A stretch of 64,000 nucleotides of DNA from the human T2T-CHM13v2.0 reference genome, Homo sapiens, in NCBI RefSeq assembly GCF_009914755.1, contig NC_060944.1. The stretch is one strand, 5' to 3'. Under the pieces are notes generated by a model. That model saw nothing but the letters and a program-made list of their open reading frames with translations, did not search any database and was not told the origin of the DNA. The position numbers and the translations under genes were made by a program. Positions 42,416 through 58,810 of the stretch are shown piece after piece (positions within the stretch are counted from its first letter, which is position 1; each line of letters starts with the position of its first letter).

Positions 42416-43392
42416 GCAGAGCAGTGACACGATAAAGCAACCACACAAACAAGCTGGCATGATAACCAACTAACAACAAAATGGCAAGATCAAATTCACA
42501 CATATCAGTATTAACTTTGAATGTAAATGGGCTAAATGTTCCACTTAAAAGGCACAGGGTAGCAAGCTGGATAAAAAAGCAAGACCAAATGGTATGCAAT
42601 CTTCAAGAGACCCATCTCACATGCAATGAATGGCACACAAAAGCTCAAAATAAAGGGATGAGGAAAATCTACCAAGCAAATAGAAATTAGAAAAAGCAGG
42701 GGTTGCAACCCTCATTTCAGACAACACAGACTTTATCCAGCCAAAGATCAAAAAAGACAAGGAAGGCCATTACATAATTGTAAAGGATTCAATTCAAAAA
42801 GAAGACCTAACCTAACCCTAAATATATACACACCCAACACAGGAGCACCTAGATTCATGAACTAAGTTCTTAGAGACCTACAAGGAGATTTCAAGTTCCA
42901 CACAATAATAGTGGGAGACTCCCCACTGAGAGTATCAGACAGATCATTGAGGTAGAAAATTAACAAAATTATCTAGGACTTTAACTCAACATTGGACCAG
43001 ATGGATCTGATAGACCTCTACAGAACTCTCTACCCCAAAACAACAGAATATACATTCTTCTCATCACCACATGGCACATACTTTAAAAGTGAACACAATA
43101 TGACATAAAACAATCCTCAGAAAATGCAAAAGAACCACAATCATTCCAAACACACTCTTAGATCACAGTGCAATAAAAATAGAAGTCAACACTAAAAACA
43201 TTGCTCAAAACCATGCAATTTTATGAAAATTAAACAATATGCCCCTGAATAAGTTTTGGATAAAAAAAAGAAATTAAGGCAGACATCAAGAAGTTGTTTG
43301 AAACTAATGAGAACAAAGATACAACATACCAGAATCTCTGGGATACAGCTAAGGCAGTGTTAAGAGGGAAATCTATAGCACTATAAATGCCC

Positions 43393-43769
43393 TTATGTGG
43401 TTTGGCTGTGTCCCCACCCAAATCTCATTGTGAATTGTAGTTCTCATAATCCCCACATGTCATGGGAGGGACCTGGTGGGAGGTAATTAAATCATGGTGG
43501 TGGTTACCTATATGCTGCCATTCTCATAATAGTGTGTGAGTTCTCAAGAGATCTGATGGTTTTAAAGGAGATGGCCCCCTTTTTCTTGGCACTTCTCCTT
43601 AATGTCACCATTTGAAAAAGGACATGTTTGCTTCCCCTTCCGCCATTATTATAAGTTTCCTGAGGCATCCCCAGCCATGCTGAACGGTGAGTCAACTAAA
43701 CATCTTTGCTTTATAAATTACCCAGTCTCTTGTATGTCCTTATCAGCAGTGTGAGAATGGACTAATACA
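43393..43769 (+). mobile_element. THE1C/THE1D 5' LTR
   Basis: ttatgtggtttggctgtgtccccacccaaatctc...gagaatggactaataca, inserted after L1 ORF2 sequence aaatgccc. Confidence 0.9.
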
Positions 43770-45636
<1,867 letters not shown>

Positions 45637-48623
45637 CTAGAAAACCTAGAAGAGCTGAACACATTTGTGGACATATACACCTTCCAAAGACTGAACCAGG
45701 AAGAAGTTTATTCCCGAACAGACCAATAATGAGCTCTGAAATTGAATTGGTAATAAATAGTCTACCAATCAAAACAAGCCCAGGACCAGAAGGATTCACA
45801 GCTGAATACTACCAGATGTACAATGAAGATCTGGTACCCTTCCTACCGAAACTATTCCAAAAAATTGAGGAGGATAGACTCCTCCCCAACTCATTCCATG
45901 AGGCCAACATCATCCTGATACAAAAACCTGGCAGAGACACAACAAAAAAAGAAACTTCAGGCCAATATCCTTGAAGAACATTAATGCAAAAATTCTCAGC
46001 AAAATACTTGCAAACCAAATCCAGCAAAACATCACAAACTAATCTACCATGATCAAGTTGGCTTCATTGCAAGGATGCAAGTGGTTGGTTCAACATGTGC
46101 AAATCAATAAACGTGATTCATCACACAAACAGAACTAAAGACAAAAGCCACATGATTATCTCTATAGATGCAGACGAGGCTTTCAATAAAATTCAATATC
46201 GCTTCATGTTAAAAACTTTCAATACACTACGTATTCAAAGAACATATCTCAAAATAGTAAGAGCCATCTATGACAAACACACAGCCAACATCATATGGAA
46301 TGGGGAAAAGCTGGAAGCATTCCCATTAAAACCAGTACACAACAGGGATGCTCTCTCTCACCACTCCTATTCAACATAGCATTGGAAGCCCTGGCCAAAG
46401 CAATAAGCCAAGAGGAAGAAATAAAGGGCATCCAAATAGTAAGATAGGAAGTCAAACTCCCCCTGTTTGCATACAACATGATTTTATATCTATATAAATC
46501 AGGATACAAAATCAGTGTATGAAAATCACTAGCATTTCTATACACCAACAACAGCCAAGCTGAGTGCCAAATCAGAAGCACAATACCATTCACAATTGCC
46601 ACAAAAAGAATAAAATACCTAGGAATACAGCTAACCAGGGAGGTGAAAGATCTCTACAATGAGAATTATGAAACACTGCTCGAATAAATCAGAGATGAAA
46701 CAAACAAATGGAAAAACACTCCATGCTCATGATAGGAAGAATTAAATCATTAAAATGGCCACACTGCCCAAAGCAACCTACAGAATCTACCAAACTACCA
46801 GTGATGTTCTTCACAGAACTAGAAAAATCTATTTTAATATTCATATGGAACCAAAAGGGCCTGAATAGCGAAGGCAATTCTAAGCAAAAACAACAAAGCT
46901 GGAGGTATCATATTAGCTGCCTTCAAACCATACTACAGGGCTACAGTAAATAAAACAGCACGGTATAGGTACCAAAACAGATCTATAGACCAATGAAACG
47001 TAATAGAAAGCCCAGAAGTAAGGCCCCACACCTACAACCATCTGATTTTGACAAGGCTGATAAAAACAAGCAATGGGGAAAGGACTCCCTGTTCAATAAA
47101 TGGTACTGGGATAACTGGCTAGCCATATATAGAAGATTGAAACTGGACCATTTCCTTATACCCTATACAAAAATCAACTCAAGATGAATTAAAGACTTAA
47201 ATGTAAAGCCCCAAACTATAAAAACCCTAGAAGACAACCTAGGCATAGGGACATTCTGTACATAGGAACAGCAAAGATTTCATGACAAAGATACCAAAAG
47301 TGATTGCAATAAAAGCAAAAATGGAGAAATGGGATCTAATTAAACTTAACAGCTTCTGCACAGCAAAATAAACTATCAACAGAGTAAACAGACAACCTAC
47401 ATAATGCGAGAAAATGTTGGCAAACTATGCATCTGACAACAGTATAATATCCAGCATCTATAAGGAACTTAAACACATTTATGAGAGAAAAACAATCCCA
47501 TTAGAAAGTGGGCAAAGGACATGAACAGACACTTCAAAAGAAGACATACATGCATCCAACAAGCACATGAAGAAAAACTCATTATCACTGATCATTAGAG
47601 AAATGATGCAAATAAAAACCACAATGAGATACCATCTCACACCAGTAAGAATGGCTATTATTAAAAGTCAAAAAAATAACAGATGCTGGCAAGGTTGCAG
47701 AGAAAAGGGAATGCTTGCACACCGTCGGTGAGAGTGTAAATTAGTTCAGCCATTTTGGAAAACAATGTGGTGATTCCTCAAAGAGCTAAAAAGAGAACTA
47801 TCATTCGACCCAGCAGTCCCATTACTGGGTATACACCCAAAGGAATATAAATCATTCTACCATAAAGACACATGCACATGAATGTTCATGGCAGCACTAT
47901 TCACAATAGCAAAGACATGAAATCAACCTAAGTGCCCTAGATTGGATGAAGAAAATGTGGTACATATACACCATGGAATACAATGTAGCCATAAAAATGA
48001 ATGAGATCATGTCTTGCAGGAATATGGATGGAGCTGTATTCTAAGCAAACTAATGCAGAAACAGAAAACCAAACACCACATGTTCTCACTTATAAGTGGG
48101 AGCTAAATGATGAGAACACATGGACACAAAGAGGGGAACAACAGGCCCTGTGGCTTACTTGAGGGTGGAGAGGGAGAGGAGGGAGGGGATCAGAAAAAAT
48201 TAACTATTGGGTACTGAGCTTAGGACCTGGGTAACAAAATAATCAAACCCCACAACACGAATCTTCCTATATAACAAACCTGCACACATACTCCTGAAAC
48301 TAAAAGCTAAAAAAAAAGACATTTTGAAGAGCATTTTTTAATGTAGAGAGAAGAGATTTTATCCAAGAAAAAGATGCTGTAAAAAAGGATCATTCCAAGA
48401 ACCAAGATAACTATCAGATGTTAAAACTATACAAGTATAAATAAAAATTGCAATAGATGGCTTAGAAGATGAAGTTGAGGATATTGTCCAGAATACAGAA
48501 AGAAAAAAAAAAAAAGAAGAAGAAGAAGGAAAAGCAAAGAAAAAAAAACAAGAAAATTGAGTTTTGGCTTATGTAATCCAAAAGCCAACTAATAGGATTT
48601 GTTAAAAAAAAAAAAAAAAAAAA

Positions 48624-48906
48624 GGCCAGGCTTGGTGCCTCACACATGTAATCTCAGTACTTCGGGAGACAGAGGTGGGAGGATTGTTTGAGCCGAGGAG
48701 TTTGAGATCAGCCTGGGCAATAAAAAACTGTGTCTCTACAAAAATATTAAAAATTTAGCCATGTGTATGTAGTCCCAGCTACTCAGGAGGCTGAGGTGGG
48801 AGGATTGCTTGAACACAGGAGGCAGAGGTTGCAGTCAGCCTTGGCTGCACCACTACACTCCAACCTGGACAACACAGTGAGACCCCGTGCCAAAGAAAGA
48901 AAAAAA
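48624..48906 (+). mobile_element. AluJ
   Basis: Diverged dimer with gggaggattg(c/t)ttga in both arms. Confidence 0.85.
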
Positions 48907-49090
48907 TATACGAGAGAAAACTGAGAATATGTTATCAAAGAAATGATTTAAGAATAATTTCTAGAACTGATGATAACAAAGTTGTAAATTGAAATAGTAA
49001 CCAAATAGTCATGCAGTATAACTTAAAAAAAAACCTAAAGTCATTATGAAACCTCAAAACACTGAAATTAAAAGAAAAAAAAAAAAACTT

Positions 49091-49400
49091 GGCCAAGCAT
49101 GAAGGTTCATGCTTGTAAATGCCAACACTATGAGAGGCTGAGACAAGAGGATCGCCTGAGCCCAAGAATTTGAGAGCAGCCTGGATAACATAGCGAGACC
49201 CCCCATCTCTGAAAAAATAAATAAATAAATAAAATAAATAAAGTGGGGCATGTGCCTATAGTCTCAGCTACTCAGAAGGCTGAGGCAGGAGGATGGATTG
49301 ATTGAGCCCAGGAGCTCAAGGATGCAGTGAGCTATGATCACATCTCTGCACTCCACACTAGATGACAAAGCGAGGCCCCATCTCATTTAAGGAAAAAAAG
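49091..49400 (+). mobile_element. AluJ (Jo/Jr-like)
   Basis: Diverged dimer with gcagtgagctatgatcac and a (TAAA)n linker. Confidence 0.85.
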
Positions 49401-49531
49401 ACTAAACATTTACAAGATAAAAGCAGACATATGTCTCATATAAAAGATAAGGAATCAGAATGGCACTGGACTTCTCAATATTGTGAAGGGAAATCAGAAG
49501 ACAACACAGCCAACATCTGTGAAATTCTGAG

Positions 49532-50658
49532 GGATTGACAAAGTTAGAAAGATAATTCAGTGGAGAAAGGACAGGCTTTTCAACAAATAGTACCAGAACA
49601 ATTAGACATTCACACGGAGCGGGGGGAAGAAAGGAGGACCCTTGACCTATACCTCTCACTATATGTAAAAGTTTACTCAAAATGGAACATAAACCTAAAT
49701 GTAAAATATAAAATCAAAAACAGGAAAAAATCTTTGTGGCCTTGGACTAGGCTAAAAATTGTTAAATAAGACACGTCTTAGTGTCATCATCCATAAAAGT
49801 AAAAAACTGATGTTAGACTTCATCGAAATTAAAATATTTTGCTCTGTAAAAGATACTGGTAAGAGAATAAAAAGACAAGCCATAGGCTGGGAAAAAAAAA
49901 TTAAAAATCCCAGATCTGACAAAATGCTTATATTTGGATATATAAAGAACTCTCAAAGCTTAATAACAGCTCAATTTTTTAAACGGGCAAAAAATTTGAG
50001 CAAACACATTACTAAAGAAGATGTACAGAAAGCAAATAAGAATATGAAAAGATGTTCAACATCATTACTCATTAGGGGAATCCAAATTAAAATCACAATA
50101 AGACACAACTGCACATTTTGTTAGGGGAGCTAAAATTTAAAACAAAGGGGAAAAAGGAAAAAAAATGCTAACTGCAGGTGAGGACGTGGAACAAATTGAA
50201 TCCTCACCTATTGCTCATGAGTATGCAAAATGGTACAACCATTTTGAAAAACAGATTGACAGTTCCTTATGAAGTCAAATATACATTTATCGTACAGCTC
50301 AGAAATCTTAGTATTTACTGAAAAGAAATAAAAACTTGCATTGAGACAAAAACCGGTATGCTGACATTTACAGTGGATTTATTCATAATCACCAAAAATC
50401 CGAAACAATGCAAATGTTATTCAGGTTGTGGGATATGATGGGGTTTCTCTTCCAATAATCTGATCAATCTTTTATTCTTTAATTCACCGTACCCCACCAC
50501 CCTTTTTCCTTTTCCCAGATGTTAATTTCTTTGGAGGGCTGAATCTCTTCTGTATGTACTAGAGTAATGGATATATGATTCTACACATTTGTCTAAACCC
50601 ATAAAACTATATATGTGTACCAAAAGGAGGGAAAGTTACTCCATGTCAATTAAAAAAA
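49532..50658 (+). mobile_element. L1MC/L1MD-like 3' portion nested in an older L1 ORF1 remnant
   Basis: ORF2-end remnants (LDFIEIKIFCSVKDTGKRIKRQAIGWEK). TSD-like aattctgag on both sides. Host ORF1-like sequence resumes at gaactttatatccagccaaactgtcaatcaa. Confidence 0.65.
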
Positions 50659-52579
50659 TAATTCTGAGAAAAAATTATAGCCTACCAGAACTTTATATCC
50701 AGCCAAACTGTCAATCAAATGTAAGGATAACATAAAATGATTATCTGCTAGGCAAGATATTTAAATTATTTTTTACCTTCAAATATAACTTTTCTCAGGA
50801 AGCTCCTATATACCATGCTCTAATAGAATGAGAAAGTAAACCCCACACAAAAAAAGAACTCATGGGACCTAGAAAAAGGAGAGAGGTAGCAGGAAATTCC
50901 AAAACAAGTGATGTGTCTGGGATCTAAAGAGAACACAGGCGATATTAAACTAGGAAGCTGGAGGCTTCTAGGCATGTAAATTCAAGGAGAGAAAACAATG
51001 AAACCAATAGATATTCTGAAGAATTCAGACACAAGGAGATGAGATTAACACTTTTGAGGGGGAGTTGGAAACACTTTAAGGAAAACAAAATAATAAAGCA
51101 AGGCAGGTATTATCTCTATGACTGGGGAAATGAGGAAAGAGATGTAATCACAATATGAGGGGACTTCAAAAGGAAACTTGGGAAGGTTTGTAAGTGAGGA
51201 CGTACAAGGAAGCTTCCAGAGAACTCAGTAGATAGATGATATCCAAATGAAATAGAAAAGGACTAGCAGAATGCCTATTTTATTTGGAAATGTAGTATTA
51301 AACGCAGGGGGAAACAGCAGCAAAAGGAGCTGAGTCTGGTTGCCTCAGGGGGGCAGAGAATGAGAGGGGAAGGGCTACTGCTGTTCACTCAAGGCTTTGT
51401 AGCATACATTACTTTTAAAACTGTTCTAGACAAGAACTTTTTTTCATCAAAAAATAAGAAAAAAGAGAATGAATGATACCAAATTATTAACAACGATTAT
51501 TTTTGGTTATTACTGGGTTTATAGATAATTTTCATTTTATTCTTTACAATTTCCTATATTTCCTCAATTTTCTATCTTAATAATCAACAGGGAGCAGAAT
51601 GAGAGAGATACAGACACAGAGAGTTATTAAGAGCAGAAAATACTTCTCCCTTCTCTTTAATCAGGCAAAGCATAATAGATATCCATGTCTTATTATGAAG
51701 ACAGTCTGCATTTAGAAAGTGGGGATTTCAGGGCACAGAGTAAAGGTTTCTACGAGATAGCACGTTGGGAAGGAGACTAGCTCAGTGCCTGGCATGAAGG
51801 AGGAGTTTGGATGATGCAAACCCCTCTGTTTGCCCCTGGTCTAATTTTTCCATTGGTAAGATGAGGGCTTGGGGTCAGCCACCTCTCCCTAGCTCTAGAA
51901 TTTGACTCCAAGAATCTGTATCCACCTCAGATGCCTGTAATCAAGGAACCTGCCAGGAACAGGTTACCCTAGCCTCCTGCTGCCCAGGCCTAGGTGCCAG
52001 GAGCCCCTCCTCTCCCCGCCTCCCACATAGGGCCAGGCATGTTCCCACCCCAGACCCTCCATCCACTGCAATACATTCCTGGGAGTTTCTTTGTTCTCTC
52101 AACTGCCCACCTCCCAAGAGACAAGTCCCTGAAACCAGGTATAAATGGCTGCTGAGACTTCAGTGCCACCACCTGGTCTGTGTACTTCCAGCTGTTGAAT
52201 AAATGGCAATCCTTGGACATTTCTATTTCCTGCAAAGCCCTCCCAGATTAGAAGCTGATCCTCATGACTCCTTACAAGCTTGGCAATGCGGAACCAAGCA
52301 GAGTATTTGAATATGAAAAGAAAGGCCAGGTCTGTCTTGAAATTCAAGTCTCTGAGCTCTAAGACCTGGACGCAGGCCAACACCTGGTTTCTAGAGCTGC
52401 AAGTCAGAAATGGCAACAAAACACAAGGGGATGAGCCGAGCTTTGGAACCAAACAGCCCTGGGTTTGAATCCTTAATCGGCCACTGAATTCCTGGCACTG
52501 GCTGAGACACGTTTTGGCAGATTTCTCATCCATAAAACTGGAACAACAAGGCCTACTTTCTATCTAAAATAATTAGCAA

Positions 52580-52815
52580 ATAATTAGATGACAATAAGTC
52601 GTGTTTACTGGGCACTTGCTATGTAACGGCACTGTGCTAAGTATTTTATGTTCACTGTTCATTTAATCCTCAGAAATTAACTATTACGTGCTACCATCCC
52701 CATATCAAAAATAAGGAAATTGAGGTACAGAAAGATTAATGTGTCCAGTGTGGCTCAGCAAGGAAGCACCAGAGTTGGGATTTGAACCCCAGCAGTCTGA
52801 GGCCAGACTTAACTG
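52580..52815 (-). mobile_element. MIR SINE (a plus-strand MIR piece lies just upstream at ~52430-52560)
   Basis: gtttactgggcacttgctatg...catttaatcctca...aggaaattgagg...gggatttgaacccc. Confidence 0.7.
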
Positions 52816-53826
52816 CCGCACCGCATGGTTTCCCTAATGACAGGCACTTCTTGAGGGTGGACAGTAACCAGCCCTGTCTCCTTCTTCCTGCCCATATTAT
52901 AGATGGGAGAACAAGGCCCAAAGCAGGGACGTGGGCGTCCCACAGTCATACAGGAGCTGGGGGTGGGCCCTGGATTCAGCTCCAGTTCTTTCCTCATGCC
53001 AGCAGCCACTGGAGCCCACAGAGGCCCATCCGGAGGACCCTTGGATCCCCACTGTGAGTGGGCCCAGCACCTTGCTGCCTCAGACAACCCACAACCCCTG
53101 ACACTCACAGGTCCCCTCACCTTGTTCTGATGTGGGCATGGTCTTCTGCTGGGAAAGCAGGTATCTGGCCTCCGCCACCCCTCAGCACACTTACCAGGCT
53201 ATCATCCTATTGTGACACCTGCCCTAGTCCACACCTCTTGAGAGCTCATCTTTTCCTCCACCATGGTGACCAAGAGCACCACCCATGCCCTGCCATCAAA
53301 GTGGAGGGAAGGACCAATCTCGGGCCCCTGGATCCAGCCAGGTCTGCTGCAGTCCAGTCTGCTCAAACAGCTCATGCCTACCAAGGCAAGTGATTTGTTT
53401 CCTTGGTAGCATTTAACACTCACTACATTAACAGTATGTATTTATTCAGGGACCATATCTGAGTTATCCATTGCTGGGTCCTCAGAGCCTATTCCAGTGC
53501 TTAGCAACGAAGAGTCCAGTTGCTACACGCAGAACAGAGTACAGAGGCCAAAGGGAAACAAAAGTCCAGTGAAGAGTGACTGCCAGGAAAGAGATGATGG
53601 TATCCTGGTGGCAAAGGAGAAAATAGAATAATTTCAGCAGACATTTAGGAGGAAAACGGGATAGGATTGGGGACTGAGGGAAAGAGGGGTCAAAGGTGGC
53701 TCTTGGTGTTCACATTTGCACCCTAGACAGATATCCATCTGTCCTTTCGGAGAAGTAAGAGGGAAAAAGGAACACTTTTTCCAAACTGGGTGGCAGCTTT
53801 GGAGTACCAGGCCCTCACGTAAACTG

Positions 53827-54119
<293 letters not shown>

Positions 54120-55781
54120 CAAAAACTGTTGATAAAATGAAACCACAGATAAAAAGCCAGTCTGTTGCCTAAGGACAAACCATATTATGAGCCCTTGCCC
54201 CTCTGGGTACCCTTTTAATCAGAGGCTCCAGACTGAGCTAGCCAGGCTGGAACGGGGATCTGGGAAGCTGGAGATTTCTTTCCTGAGATCAATGAAACAC
54301 TGGACATTGGAGGACCAGTTGGGGATCCCTGTATTGTATGGGCTTCTGACCAAAGGGTCTACACCATGACCTTGCTCTGTGATCCCACCATTATCTTGGG
54401 ATATCTGGGCTGTAACCAATGGGCCGCTGGACAGAGGAGAGGATCAGAAGGGTTGGGATATAAAAACAAATCACATCCCTTCCCTGATTTTAAACCTGAT
54501 ATGGGTGCCCACTTCTCTGTGGAGGGTATCTCCCTCATGGCAGGGAATCCAAATTCCAATACAAATTGGTGACAATCTCCCTTTCCCATTTTTTCACCAA
54601 TGTCTAGTGTAGTGGCCATCATTGGCTGCCCGCCCAGCCGTGTCCCCCGCTCATCCTTCCTAGGGGAACCTCTGGGGAGTCCTTGCCCCCTTTATATAGG
54701 AACCTGTGCTTGGGCTTGGGATGATGAGACTTGAGGCTCCTACACCTTTGGTCCCCAGGGTTGGTCCAGGAAACAGGACTCATGTATCTCCTATCACTGC
54801 TTGCCATTGGCTACTTTAAGTATCTATCTCCCCTGCTGGACTATGACCTCCTAGAGGCCAGGGCTCAATATGATCCCTTTCTGGGCTCTGCAGGAGGGAT
54901 CTGTTGGGCAGAAGAAGGGCACAGGTGCTGGAGGTAGGCTCTTCTTGCATACCTCGTAGGGACTTCCATCTCACACGGCCTCCCTGGTTGCCCATCAGCC
55001 TTTCCCACCTTGGGCAGGATTCTGATCCATGGCTTTCTTTAGTCTCAGAGCAAAAAGCTCTCTCAATGTCACTCTGAAGCTCGGGCACACTTACTCTGTG
55101 TTCACTCTGTTTTTTTTTTTTTTTTTAAAGCGCCCTTCACATGATCTAGCTCTCAGGCAAATTGGAAAAAAAGAAAAGAAAAAGCCTTAATTAAAGGAAA
55201 GTAAGGCACAGTTTTCATGCATAATAAGAAATGGCTTTTTGAGCCAGCATGATAAAATCCTACCACTCTGGGGTTGCCCTCCAGAAAGTGAGGATTAAGA
55301 AAGCCAGGGTTTTATTTAAGGGCAGTTGGAGAAATAATGGCAGCAAACTCTTAGAAAGCACTCACTGTGTGCCAGATATTCCTACATGCTTTACAAATAA
55401 GGGAAAGCAGCGATTCCCTTGAATCCTGCTGGCCAAAAGCTGAGAAGAGTGAAGAGAAAAACATGGGTGGAGAAAAATGACCAAGGACATCCCAAGGTAT
55501 GGCATAGTCTGGAGGGTCGTGAAAGCCAACTGGTGCTGTTACTACTGGGAACTGGATCCCTTGTTTAAGATCTTTAATAAGTGGTACTCTAGGTTGTGGT
55601 TTGCAAATTTGTTTTTAAATCACCTGAAGAGCTTTAAAAATTCTAATAGCTGGGGTTTACCCGCTGAGATCCTAATGAAGTTAGACTGGGGTGTAGCCAG
55701 GACAATGAGACTTTTTAGACAAACCCCAGGAGATCCCAACGCCAGTGGAGGTTGTATACCCTGGCCTAATGTTGTTTACTA

Positions 55782-56556
<775 letters not shown>

Positions 56557-57164
56557 TGGGTATAAATGCCTGTTCCTGCAACCCCTCAGCTTTGACCTGT
56601 GGACTCTGCCTGCCCATTGCCTGAATGCCATACTCACAGCATGAGTTGCTACTTGGAGCCCAGCATCCCCACATATTTGGGAGATCCCTAGTGGCCTTCC
56701 TGCTCAAGAAGCCTCTACCTTTCTCCTTATTGTTCATGGAGTCCTTCGTGCTACTTGACTCAAAGCCTTTTGCCTTGGCTCACTTGGCCTTTGGCTTCTG
56801 AGTCTTCAACACCAGGCTCCTTGGCAAGGCTACTGACAGCCTGCTAAATTTCCCAAGCACCCTTGCCATGAGAGGTATGCTACACCCTGTCCCCTCAAAA
56901 CCCCACTGCTAGCTGGGGCTCAGCCACAAAGCAGATATCCCACCCCATCCAGCTGCAGGTTTGGTACTTGCCTCCTCTTAGGTAGCATCAGAGCTCCGAC
57001 ATTCCACTCACCAGGAACAAGGCCCACTAATGAGTCAAAGCTCCTTTAAAATCTGCATTTGTCTGGACCTTGCTGTGCTATTACACAGCTGAACATCCTT
57101 GGGCAAATCACTTAACCTCTCTGAAGCTCTGTTTCCCCACCTTTAAAACACAGATGATAATCCA

Positions 57165-57411
57165 TGCCCTCATTTCTGATCACAACACTCAGGACAAACA
57201 CAGCTCAGAATTCAGAACAGTTTGGGTTTTTAGACAAGTAATATGGGCCCATAAAACAGTCCTAGTGAGATCTGGGGCAACATTCTGGGCTCAGACACAC
57301 AAATATTTCCACAGTGAGGCATATCAAAATTCATACCATGGGAGACAAAGGCTACAGATAGCTTCATAACAGTTTGCGTCAGGTTTGACAGCCAAATGAA
57401 TTTAGTGTTAA

Positions 57412-57452
<41 letters not shown>

Positions 57453-57515
57453 ATCTCTCTCTCCATTTTCATAACTTCTTGAATTTCTGGACTATATGTA
57501 CGAGAATGTCAACCT
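57165..57515 (+). mobile_element. MER46C-like MITE containing a (CA)n microsatellite
   Basis: cagaattcagaac...tctggggcaac...aatatttccacagtga...gtcaggtttgacagccaaatgaa. Confidence 0.6.
57414..57450. repeat. (CA)18 perfect microsatellite
   Basis: Uninterrupted AC run of 37 nt. Confidence 0.95.
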
Positions 57516-58155
57516 AAGTCTAGTTCACAAGTTTGTGGTAACTATTACAAGAGATATATCACACATGTGGGTATCTTGCAGAATAGCTAGTTTGAAGTAA
57601 TTAAGTATTTGTGAATCTGGAAAAGGAAAAAAGCTTCAATCTAGCTGAAGCCAAAGTTTGCCACTCTCCTTAAAACACTGCAATTTGGCCAGAAGGCCTG
57701 TGACTTGTGCATTATAAGTGGTAAAATGTCCCCAGCTTTGCCCTGCTCCCCACTTCATCATCAGTCCCAAACTGAGGTCTCAGCATGTGACAGGAACCAC
57801 GTTCATTCTAATCATCACAGTAATTTTTAAAAAAAATTCCAGCTCCATTCCACATCTCTTAAGTTTTGGCATAAATCATTGTTACAAGAAGACCTTCTCT
57901 TAGAAAGATCTTTAGAATCAGAAAACTCCTGTATTCTCCAACAGCAGCCTGGTTTCATGGAATGCAGCCAGACTCAGGTTCACAGGTCTTCCTCCTCAGG
58001 TTGGAAGTGGTTTTTATGGTGGCTGCACTGCGAACATCCCCAAAGCTCCAGGAGACATGCAAAACGAAGAAGAGTGCAGTGTCTACAAATCAGCAGCCAG
58101 TGCTACAAGGGAGCTGAGTAGCTACACTCTGTCAGGCCAGGGTTGGAAAATCCAT

Positions 58156-58810
<655 letters not shown>

